Assembly: GCA_963769935.1 (NCBI GenBank)
Contig: CAVYNY010000016.1
Span: 160,001 to 224,000 of the forward strand
Source: an uncultured delta proteobacterium
Lineage (GTDB): Bacteria > Desulfobacterota > Desulfobacteria > Desulfobacterales > JAFDCJ01
Direction of reading: 5' to 3'
Length of the DNA stretch: 64,000 nt
Under the pieces are notes generated by a model. That model saw nothing but the letters and a program-made list of their open reading frames with translations. It ran no database searches and was not told the DNA's origin. The translations under genes and the position numbers were made by a program. Below are positions 1-7,515 of this stretch, piece after piece. How positions within the stretch are numbered: position 1 is the first letter of the stretch; every line of letters starts with the position of its first letter.

Positions 1-1
1 T

Positions 2-421
2 TTTTGTGCTGGAAACTTTTAGTCGGCTGTTGTCAAAAACAAACTTTTTTTGGGCATACGCAATTATCGTGCTTTCGAAATTATCCGAATCGGAGGGATC
101 AAGTTTTATAAGATCGCAGTCGAACTCAGTCAGATCCAAGCCGGCTGGATGAATATCCGATCCATCAAGCAGGAACAGGGCATATGGGAAACATGCCGAT
201 CGGATGGATTTTAATTCAAGCAGCAATTCATTTACCCATTTCATTTGACGGGTTGAAAATATGAATCCATAAGGCAAATCGGCATGTCTTCTGAGTTCAT
301 TTACAATCAGCGGAATTTCTTGCGAACCAAAGTTTAAAATTGGACTCAGAGAAAGTTCTACCCGACTGAAATTGGCCAATCTCATCTTAAGGGCCCTGTT
401 TGTATTTTCCGGTAAGATCAT
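2..421 (-). CDS. Hypothetical protein, 5' part only (runs off window start); third gene of the SAM-riboswitch operon
   Basis: Own translation: ATG at 421 preceded by GAGGA, open frame MILPENTNRALKMRLANFSRVELSLSPILNFGSQEIPLIVNELRRHADLPYGFIFSTRQMKWVNELLLELKS...KVSSTK to the window edge; absent from the ORF track because no stop is in the window. Confidence 0.75.
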   Translation of the reverse strand, partial: MILPENTNRALKMRLANFSRVELSLSPILNFGSQEIPLIVNELRRHADLPYGFIFSTRQMKWVNELLLELKSIRSACFPYALFLLDGSDIHPAGLDLTEFDCDLIKLDPSDSDNFESTIIAYAQKKFVFDNSRLKVSSTK

Positions 422-489
422 AGTATTTCCTCGAATTTCTGGTTTGATTTTATCCCACAGCCTTTTGGCCTTAAGGACGGAAATGGAAA

Positions 490-624
490 AGAAGTAGTTT
501 CAAAACCTCAGATCAGGTTCAAGGGCAAGGCGCGAGCCGATGAAAAAGCGCAGCATACACGGCAGTATGTGAGCATTTTGAAGAGGCTCGCAACGCAGCC
601 ATTGGGCCTTATGAAACCACTTCT
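490..624. mobile_element. MITE-like non-coding element with imperfect terminal inverted repeats
   Basis: Ends AGAAGTAGTTTTCA / TGAAACCACTTCT; internal CAAGGCGCGA...CGCAG...CGCAACGCAGCC core shared with 44096-44256. Confidence 0.55.
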
Positions 625-625
625 A

Positions 626-1765
626 CTAAAATTCTGCATTTGCCAGCCTTGCGCCTTCAACCAATGATTTTAACTTTAACCAGGCAATCTCGCCCGATAC
701 ACCGGCGGCAGAGGCCGTTGAGGCAAACCCGCAATCGGTTGAGCCGATAACTCTTGCGGGTCCAAGCAATCTTGCAAAATTTAGAATTCGCTGTGCGACC
801 AGTTCCGGATGTTCAATGGTATTGGAGGTCGTGTCGATGACACCCGGCATCAGAATTTTATTTTCAGGGACAGAAAAATTTTTTATAACTTCCCATTCAT
901 GCGCATGGCGATGGTTGCTGGATTCGATCGAAATATAGTTTGCATGAACCCGCATGATGCTGTTGAAGATTTTACTTAAATCAATATCGCAGTGATGGGT
1001 GCCGGGATAATTTCCCCAGCAAATGTGAGCTCGGCATTTTCCGCCGTCAATATTTTCCAGCGCCTGATTCAATATATCTAGATTGGTTTCGATCAAGGTT
1101 AAAAAGTATTCTTCCCGCAAGTCCTTAAACCTTGTATGTCTTCCCATTGCCAGATCAGGGCAGTCGATTTGCAGAAAAATTCCGTAACTACTTATTGTTT
1201 CATATTCCTGTTGCAATACCTCTCCTAATTTCTGAAGATACGTTTCGTAGCTTGCATAGTATTTATTCTCCAGAAACAGGGCCACTGTTCCCGGTGAAGG
1301 CGCGGTAAAAAACAACTCGGCGTCGGATTCCGGATACTTTTGTTTCAACTCATAAAAGACCCCGACCATCATATCCAGCTCTTTTCGCAATGATTCCCCG
1401 CCGGTATAGGCAAGCTCCTGCGAGCATGCCGGAAGCCTGATCGGTGCTTTGGGATTAAGTGTAATTAATCCGTTTCTGCCGCTAAACCTCCGGGCATATT
1501 CCGGCAGTTCTTCCAGATCTTTCGGAAAAGGGGCCGTGCCTGTGTCAAAAAACCCTGATATTCTATCGACAGTCGCGCTAATGTAATCGGATCTCGGCAA
1601 TTCACCATTGTTAATGAAAGATAATCCCAACCTAATTTGCTTTTCCAGAATGGTCCTCAAATGACGTCGCAAATCATCATCACTTATTTTTTTCTGCTTT
1701 AAAATCTGGAGGTGCATTTCATTGGGACGCGGCAAAGATCCGACGTGGGTGGTTTTAATTTTCAT
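626..1765 (-). CDS. Cobalamin-independent methionine synthase II family protein (MetE C-terminal catalytic half only)
   Basis: N-terminal TTHVGSLPRP, QIDCPD, Zn ligands HICWGN, E(SSN) and C-terminal DCGF; 379 aa, lacks the N-terminal half of MetE. Confidence 0.9.
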   Translation of the reverse strand: MKIKTTHVGSLPRPNEMHLQILKQKKISDDDLRRHLRTILEKQIRLGLSFINNGELPRSDYISATVDRISGFFDTGTAPFPKDLEELPEYARRFSGRNGLITLNPKAPIRLPACSQELAYTGGESLRKELDMMVGVFYELKQKYPESDAELFFTAPSPGTVALFLENKYYASYETYLQKLGEVLQQEYETISSYGIFLQIDCPDLAMGRHTRFKDLREEYFLTLIETNLDILNQALENIDGGKCRAHICWGNYPGTHHCDIDLSKIFNSIMRVHANYISIESSNHRHAHEWEVIKNFSVPENKILMPGVIDTTSNTIEHPELVAQRILNFARLLGPARVIGSTDCGFASTASAAGVSGEIAWLKLKSLVEGARLANAEF

Positions 1766-1800
1766 TTTTTTTGCAGCCTCTTTCTTTAAGCAGGAAGATT

Positions 1801-4554
1801 TTATAACAAAGAGTGAATCTCATCTATCAATTGGTCCGGCAGTGGATGTTCAAAAAGCAAATCGGAATCGATTTCGATTGCCAGCGAAGATTGGAGTTGA
1901 GTTATAAATTCGGTGGCACTCATTGAATCCAATCCCTGCTCAATCAGTTCAACATCCGGATCTATAATTTCAATGCTTGTAACTTTAAAAAACAGCCCTT
2001 GGATCAGCTGCTGGACTTGTTCCCGGGATAGTTTGCCTTTTCCATTATTACCCTTCTGAATTTCCGATCCAACATTTTCGAATACCTTCATATTATTTGG
2101 ACCGGCATCTAATTCAACACCGTTGCGGTCAAAATTTATAGCATCAAGCTGATAGTAATTCTCCAGCGATGAGGATCGCCCTCTATCAAATGGAACCGTT
2201 ATATTTTCAATTTCTTTTCTGACCCGCTTTTCCACTCCTTTGATGATGATATGGGCATTTGTTCCTCCAAACCCAAAACTGCTGATGCCGATGTGAGACT
2301 GACCATTTATGCTTGTCGCTTCAGAAACTACCCTTAGATTGAAAGATTCGAAATCAACATATTGATTGGGTCGGTTGAAATGCAGATTCGGCGGAATCGT
2401 GCCATGATACAGGATCAGTACTGATTTTATTAACCCGGCTATACCGGCTGCAGACTCCAGGTGCCCGATATTTGATTTTACCGACCCCAGATAACAATTA
2501 TTTTTGCGGCTCTTGGCAATTGTCCGTTGAATAGCTGAAATTTCAATCGGATCGCCGATCTTAGTGCCGGTCCCATGACATTCGATATAGGATATATCCT
2601 GCGGTTTGATGGCTGCATCCCGACAGGCATCTAAAATTAATTCCTCCTGGGCTTCCGGATGGGGCGCCGTGATAATCTGTGAACGCCCTCCATTTTGATT
2701 AATGGCTGAGCCCAATAGTTCGGCATAATAATTTTTTACCCGCTTTTTATTCGCCAACAGAACCAAGCCGCCGCCTTCGGCCCGAACGTAGCCATCGGCC
2801 GAATTATCAAAAACCTTGCAGCGATTATCTTTCGACAAAAATCCCGAATTTTTCATTTTATCGGTAAAATCATTTCCCAGGATCATATTCACCCCGCCCG
2901 CAATTGCATAGTCGACCCGGCCGGCCTCAATATCTTTGGCAGCATAATGGAGCGCAACCAATGAAGAGGAACAGGCGGTGTTGGAAACCCAACTCGGCCC
3001 CCTCAAATCATAATGGTAGCTTATGCGGGATGCTATTATGCTGGGGTTGGTTCCGGACGGATAATAAACTGAATTTCTGTCACCCCTGTATTCTTGATTC
3101 CATACGCCGATATATACGCCGATTCTTTTTTTATCCAACTTAGCGGGATCAAGGCCGGCGTCTTTAAAAAGTAGTTCCGTTAATTCAAGCGCCAATATCT
3201 GTTGAGGATCCATTGTTTGGGCTTCGGCTTCCGAGATATTAAAATATTTATGGTCAAACCTGGTTATTTCATCATTCAAAAAACCGGCTTCGAAATTACT
3301 CCGGCCGGCATTGGCCTTTACTTGATCTTCTCCCCTCAACAACATATCCCAAAATTGAGTCAAATTTTCGATCGATGATGGAAATCGACAACTCATTCCG
3401 GATATAACCACTTCATTTTTTAGGGATTTTAAATTCAAGGCCTGGTCAGATGGTTGGGTTGATCCAAAATTGTTAATCAATTGATTAATTGTCTTATATC
3501 TATAAAAGTCCTGCGGCGCTAAATTGGGAAAATAGGTTTGCAAAAATTCGGACAACTCAGCAAAAGTCAGCGATGTAAACCCCTGATACGCCAAAGAAGT
3601 TTTAAAATCCACGCCGGGGCGAAATTCTTCTATTGAACGTTTTAGTTTGTTCAAAAACGGATCTTGATCGAGCAGTTTCCGCTGATGCAATATCCACTCT
3701 ATTTCATCCTCTCCTCTAAACATCGATGATACATATTTATAGCTATCAAAAATATCACAACATTTATCCAACACCGGATGAAAACCAATCTCGATTATTT
3801 CCAGTTCATCATCATTAAACCTGGTTTTGATGGTTTGCATGGAACTGATAAAATCGACCGGACTGACCAACCATCGTTGCCAGTGATCGGCATTTAACTG
3901 GTTTTCAAAATTGGCCGTGAGGCCTGATACAAACCTGAAATCTTCTATTTTGCGGGATCGGACAGGGGGCAGTTTATCACTGAAACCATGGTAATCCGGG
4001 TGGTGCCACGGATGGGGCAGTCTCATGGTTACAAAACCAGGGTTTTTCTCTACGAATTCAGTCATTTCATTGGTGTATCCGCTCAAGGTTACATGGTTGT
4101 GAATACCCCTTTTGAAATTCAGGGAAGACAGGTTTACCGATAATTCTTCTATCTGTTGATTCGACAACTCACCATGCAGCATCACGCCTTCCAAATTGGA
4201 GGCTATTTCACCGATCCGAAAGGTTACGTCGAGAATATCTTCCAGGGAATAAAGCCCCGCTTGATATGAAGCCGATAATTCTCCGATACTGTGTCCGATA
4301 ACCACATCCGGATTATATCCCCACTGGGTCCAAATATCGGACAGACAGATTTGCGATACGACCGTCAACAGCGGACTGTAGGGACACCGATGTTTACCGA
4401 TCTCATTTTCCCAGATTTCTTCTAAATTTAAACCAAATTTTGAATCTAATATGGATCGTATTTCAGACCAGCATTGCGAATGTTCCAATAGTTTGAAGCT
4501 GCTATCGCTGTTGCTGGTGCCTTCCCCTGAATATAAATATATAATTTTTTTCAT
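1801..4554 (-). CDS. Minimal type I polyketide synthase-like protein, domain order AT-ACP-KS-ACP
   Basis: AT GHSIG; first ACP QGFTSL; KS DPQQ, TACSSS, HGTGT, KSNIGHLE, SSFGFGGTNAH; C-terminal ACP QGLDSM; start at 4554 (MKKII) has GAGG RBS. Confidence 0.9.
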   Translation of the reverse strand: MKKIIYLYSGEGTSNSDSSFKLLEHSQCWSEIRSILDSKFGLNLEEIWENEIGKHRCPYSPLLTVVSQICLSDIWTQWGYNPDVVIGHSIGELSASYQAGLYSLEDILDVTFRIGEIASNLEGVMLHGELSNQQIEELSVNLSSLNFKRGIHNHVTLSGYTNEMTEFVEKNPGFVTMRLPHPWHHPDYHGFSDKLPPVRSRKIEDFRFVSGLTANFENQLNADHWQRWLVSPVDFISSMQTIKTRFNDDELEIIEIGFHPVLDKCCDIFDSYKYVSSMFRGEDEIEWILHQRKLLDQDPFLNKLKRSIEEFRPGVDFKTSLAYQGFTSLTFAELSEFLQTYFPNLAPQDFYRYKTINQLINNFGSTQPSDQALNLKSLKNEVVISGMSCRFPSSIENLTQFWDMLLRGEDQVKANAGRSNFEAGFLNDEITRFDHKYFNISEAEAQTMDPQQILALELTELLFKDAGLDPAKLDKKRIGVYIGVWNQEYRGDRNSVYYPSGTNPSIIASRISYHYDLRGPSWVSNTACSSSLVALHYAAKDIEAGRVDYAIAGGVNMILGNDFTDKMKNSGFLSKDNRCKVFDNSADGYVRAEGGGLVLLANKKRVKNYYAELLGSAINQNGGRSQIITAPHPEAQEELILDACRDAAIKPQDISYIECHGTGTKIGDPIEISAIQRTIAKSRKNNCYLGSVKSNIGHLESAAGIAGLIKSVLILYHGTIPPNLHFNRPNQYVDFESFNLRVVSEATSINGQSHIGISSFGFGGTNAHIIIKGVEKRVRKEIENITVPFDRGRSSSLENYYQLDAINFDRNGVELDAGPNNMKVFENVGSEIQKGNNGKGKLSREQVQQLIQGLFFKVTSIEIIDPDVELIEQGLDSMSATEFITQLQSSLAIEIDSDLLFEHPLPDQLIDEIHSLL

Positions 4555-4635
4555 ATTGGTGACCTCGGCATATTGCTGGCTTACGCTGTTTAATTTAATC
4601 CCCAACTTGGAGAAATTTACCGTTCAAAAATTTGC

Positions 4636-4663
4636 AAAAAAAAACCTCCCGACAGGGGGAGGT
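4636..4663 (-). terminator. Intrinsic terminator of the SAM-I riboswitch expression platform
   Basis: Minus strand ACCTCCC-loop-GGGAGGT followed by T9; its 5' arm ACCTC can alternatively pair with GAGGT at the 3' end of aptamer P1. Confidence 0.85.
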
Positions 4664-4687
4664 AAGATGCCATTTGTCTTCAGCGAC

Positions 4688-4781
4688 CTCATGTTCCCCT
4701 TACGGGACTGGATTTAGCACCTTTATGGAATAGGTTGCTGAGCGGTCAACGGGCCAGTTCCCTCACGCTACTCTTCATGAC
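4688..4781 (-). ncRNA. SAM-I (S-box) riboswitch aptamer
   Basis: Minus strand GTCATGAAGAG-TAGCGTGAGGGAACTGGCCCGTTGACCGCTC-AGCAACC...AAGGTGCTAAATCCAG-TCCCGTAAGGGG-AACATGAG matches the S-box consensus order. Confidence 0.92.
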
Positions 4782-4797
4782 TCTTTAATTTCTAATT

Positions 4798-4825
4798 ATG
4801 ATAGGGATGATACATTTAAAGTCAA
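4798..4825 (-). promoter_or_regulatory. Candidate sigma70 promoter for the riboswitch/PKS operon
   Basis: Minus strand TTGACT-16 nt-TATCAT(AAT) immediately upstream of the aptamer. Confidence 0.55.
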
Positions 4826-4850
4826 GCTTCATCGGAATTTTTTTTTAGAC

Positions 4851-5000
4851 CCCAGCCCGGAAAAGCCGAAGCCAAGATGGACAAATTAATCACGAAAGCG
4901 CGAAAGGACGAAAACACGAAAAGAATAAAAGACTATTTTCGTGCTTTTCTAGATTTCGTATTTTCGTGATAAAAAATTTTTCATAAAATGCAAAGAAATA
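4851..5000. repeat. CACGAAA/TTTCGTG periodic palindromic element, copy 1
   Basis: CACGAAAGCGCGAAAGGACGAAAACACGAAA...TTTCGTG arms; flanks match 60903-61064 in reverse orientation. Confidence 0.75.
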
Positions 5001-5038
5001 ACTATCAAGATTCCAAAGTAGAACTTCCCAGCCATTGC

Positions 5039-5767
5039 CTACAAATCTAAACGATCCAAGAAATCAATAATGGCCCGGTTAAACTCCTCCGGCTTTTCCA
5101 TAGGCAGAATATGCCCGGCTTCAGCAACTATTATCCGGCTTGCCTTCGGGATATTATTTTCCAAAAATTCTCCATACTTAAGTGGTGTCAACTGATCGTC
5201 GGCCGCCGACACCACCAACACGGGCAGTGTGATCGACCCCACAAGCTGCATCACATCGAATCGGTTGCAGGCATGAAAATCTCCCAACGCAACCGCGGGT
5301 TTACATCGTGCCGCTTCTCCCTGAAAACGCTTAATTAGTTCCGGCCCGGTTGTTTTGGAGGCGACGGATTTGCCGATCATCGACAGGTAACCGCTGTAAT
5401 CATTTTCCAGCGTATCGAAGATCGCGGGCGCCACCTTGAGCTTGGCACCCGTATTGACCAGGATCCCGGCCTTTATAAAGTCCGGGTAGTCAAGCAGAAG
5501 CTGCTGGGTGACGGCTCCCCCCATGCTGATTCCGCAAATAACAGGGCTTGAAACGCCGAGTGCTTTGATAAAATCAATAACCGACCGGGCATAGTCTTCG
5601 ATACGATCGCATCCGATTCCGCCGCTTCGACCGTGGCCGGGCAAATCAAGGGCAATCGTATTCGCGTGTGCAGCCAGACCCTCGACCTGCGCCTGCCAAA
5701 AAAAGCCGGATCCGCCGGCACCGTGAATGAAAAAAATTGTGGATTTTGCCGGATCCGGCGGCCACAT
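5039..5767 (-). CDS. Alpha/beta fold hydrolase
   Basis: FIHGAGG oxyanion motif, DLPGHG, GISMGG nucleophile elbow, AGH catalytic His; true start probably ~5807 behind GGAGG with an apparent indel. Confidence 0.85.
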   Translation of the reverse strand: MWPPDPAKSTIFFIHGAGGSGFFWQAQVEGLAAHANTIALDLPGHGRSGGIGCDRIEDYARSVIDFIKALGVSSPVICGISMGGAVTQQLLLDYPDFIKAGILVNTGAKLKVAPAIFDTLENDYSGYLSMIGKSVASKTTGPELIKRFQGEAARCKPAVALGDFHACNRFDVMQLVGSITLPVLVVSAADDQLTPLKYGEFLENNIPKASRIIVAEAGHILPMEKPEEFNRAIIDFLDRLDL

Positions 5768-5828
5768 ACCCGCTAATATCCAATTCCCCCTGCAGTTCCT
5801 TCCACCATTTGAACCTCCGTTAAGTGGA

Positions 5829-6173
5829 TTAATTAAAGGTGACCTGATACACCATCTCCTTTTGCCGGATCAAGGCGCGCACCTCTTTTTGAATCATTTC
5901 ATCCCGGATCGGCTCGACCTGCGAAAGCCCGGCAGCATTCTGATCCGCTTTATACTTCCATTGCGTAATAAACCCCGCTACCAGGACATAAGCGCAACCG
6001 CCCACCCCGCAGCAGGTGGAATCGAGCACGGCATAGCCCACAAAATACAAAATCTCCCGGTCCCGGAAAGGCAGGCAAATTTCTTTTACGAAAACATAAT
6101 GCCCGCCGATGGCCGTTATTTCTCGCCCCAGTTCGGGATGGACGAAATCCAATGTATCGCTATCGCGCTGCAT
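5829..6173 (-). CDS. Conserved hypothetical protein (STCCGVGGC motif)
   Basis: ORF with AAGGA RBS before MQRDSD, co-directional with the hydrolase. Confidence 0.65.
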   Translation of the reverse strand: MQRDSDTLDFVHPELGREITAIGGHYVFVKEICLPFRDREILYFVGYAVLDSTCCGVGGCAYVLVAGFITQWKYKADQNAAGLSQVEPIRDEMIQKEVRALIRQKEMVYQVTFN

Positions 6174-6306
6174 GAAATTTTCCTTTGATGCCGAAAAGTT
6201 ATGTAATAACCATTTGGCTTGCACGGTTCGATATGATACATTTGAGTCGAATACTCAAGTTCGGACGTTTCCAACCAAGAATCTGTCAAAGGATAACTCA
6301 CACTCA

Positions 6307-7029
6307 ATGACAACATTGTATTTAAAAGATCTGGTGAAATCGTACTCGGGCAGGAAGGTTGTCAATTCAGTAAACCTCAGTATCAAAAGCGGTGAAGTTG
6401 TCGGTCTGCTGGGCCCCAATGGTGCCGGCAAAACCACAACCTTTTATATGTGTATCGGCTTGGTAAGACCGGATGAAGGCGACGTTCTACTGGACGATGA
6501 AAATATAACCAATTCCCCTATGTACGTCAGGGCCCGTAAAGGCGTCGGCTATCTTCCCCAGGAGACCTCGATTTTCCGCAAACTGACGGTCAAGCAAAAT
6601 TTATTGGCAATCCTGGAAATCCTGCCCCTTGATGCAGCCGAGCGCGAGCATCGGGCTGAAATGCTGCTGGAAGAACTTGGCATAAAGCACCTGCAGAAGC
6701 AGAAGGCAAGTGTCCTGTCGGGCGGCGAAAAGCGGCGCCTTGAGATTTCACGCGCCCTGGCCACCAATCCCTCATTCATACTTCTTGATGAGCCTTTTGC
6801 CGGTATCGACCCTCTGGCCGTCATCGATATTAAAAACATTATCATGCATCTTAAGCGCCGCGGTATCGGTATACTCATTTCCGATCACAATGTTAGGGAA
6901 ACTCTCGGCGCCTGTGACAATGCGTACATTCTGGTCGACGGAAAGGTTCTCGAATCCGGCCCCCCCAATCAAATCGCAGCGAGTGAAGCCGTATGTCAAG
7001 CCTATCTGGGTGAGGAATTTCAGTTGTAA
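6307..7029 (+). CDS. lptB: LPS export ABC transporter ATP-binding protein
   Basis: GPNGAGKTT, GYLPQE, LSGGEKRRLEISRAL, LLDEPFAGIDP, SDHNVRETL, YLGEEF are LptB signatures. Confidence 0.9.
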   Translation: MTTLYLKDLVKSYSGRKVVNSVNLSIKSGEVVGLLGPNGAGKTTTFYMCIGLVRPDEGDVLLDDENITNSPMYVRARKGVGYLPQETSIFRKLTVKQNLLAILEILPLDAAEREHRAEMLLEELGIKHLQKQKASVLSGGEKRRLEISRALATNPSFILLDEPFAGIDPLAVIDIKNIIMHLKRRGIGILISDHNVRETLGACDNAYILVDGKVLESGPPNQIAASEAVCQAYLGEEFQL

Positions 7030-7083
7030 AGCCAAGGCCTGATATGAAACTTCACGTGATAGGGCAGCGTCCCCGCTATCGGC

Positions 7084-7125
7084 AAAAAAAAGGGCACGCC
7101 CGGATCAGATGCTGCGTACCCTTTT
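7084..7125. terminator. Bidirectional terminator between convergent lptB and csp
   Basis: A-tract, AAAGGGCACGC...GCGTACCCTTTT imperfect hairpin. Confidence 0.5.
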
Positions 7126-7145
7126 AAAAAATTTTTAGCGGTTAA

Positions 7146-7346
7146 TTAAACGACCGTAACATTTACCGCTGCGGGTCCTTTCTGTCCCTCTTCGATGTCA
7201 AAGGTGACCCGATCACCCTCCTGAAGCGACTTGAACCCCGAACCGTTGATGCCGGTATGATGAACGAACACATCCGGACCACTTTCCTGCTCGATGAAGC
7301 CGTACCCTTTGCGGTCATTGAACCATTTGACAACACCATTTGCCAT
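7146..7346 (-). CDS. Cold-shock protein (CspA family)
   Basis: GVVKWFN, KGYGFI, DVFVH, GPAAVNV; GGAGG RBS. Confidence 0.95.
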   Translation of the reverse strand: MANGVVKWFNDRKGYGFIEQESGPDVFVHHTGINGSGFKSLQEGDRVTFDIEEGQKGPAAVNVTVV

Positions 7347-7515
7347 TGCGGCACCCTCCTTACACTAAAGCTAAAGTTCTCATAGTCCCATACTGCAGGC
7401 TGCCACAAGGACAAATGGATCTCTCCTTCAGAATGAAACCGGTCGGATAATGGTAGCCAACCTTTAATGATTGGGTAGATAATACCGATTTTTCTTCTAA
7501 AATCAAGAATTTTTT

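Noticed and set aside
626..1765. Calling this gene metE or epoxyalkane:CoM transferase
   Set aside because: It is only the catalytic half; motif evidence places it in the family but cannot fix the substrate, so no symbol was given.
6109..6306. N-terminal extensions in the ORF track (lptB; also 15403, 19506, 24642, 48166)
   Set aside because: Extensions overlap other genes or repeats; downstream starts have RBSs and match family N-termini.
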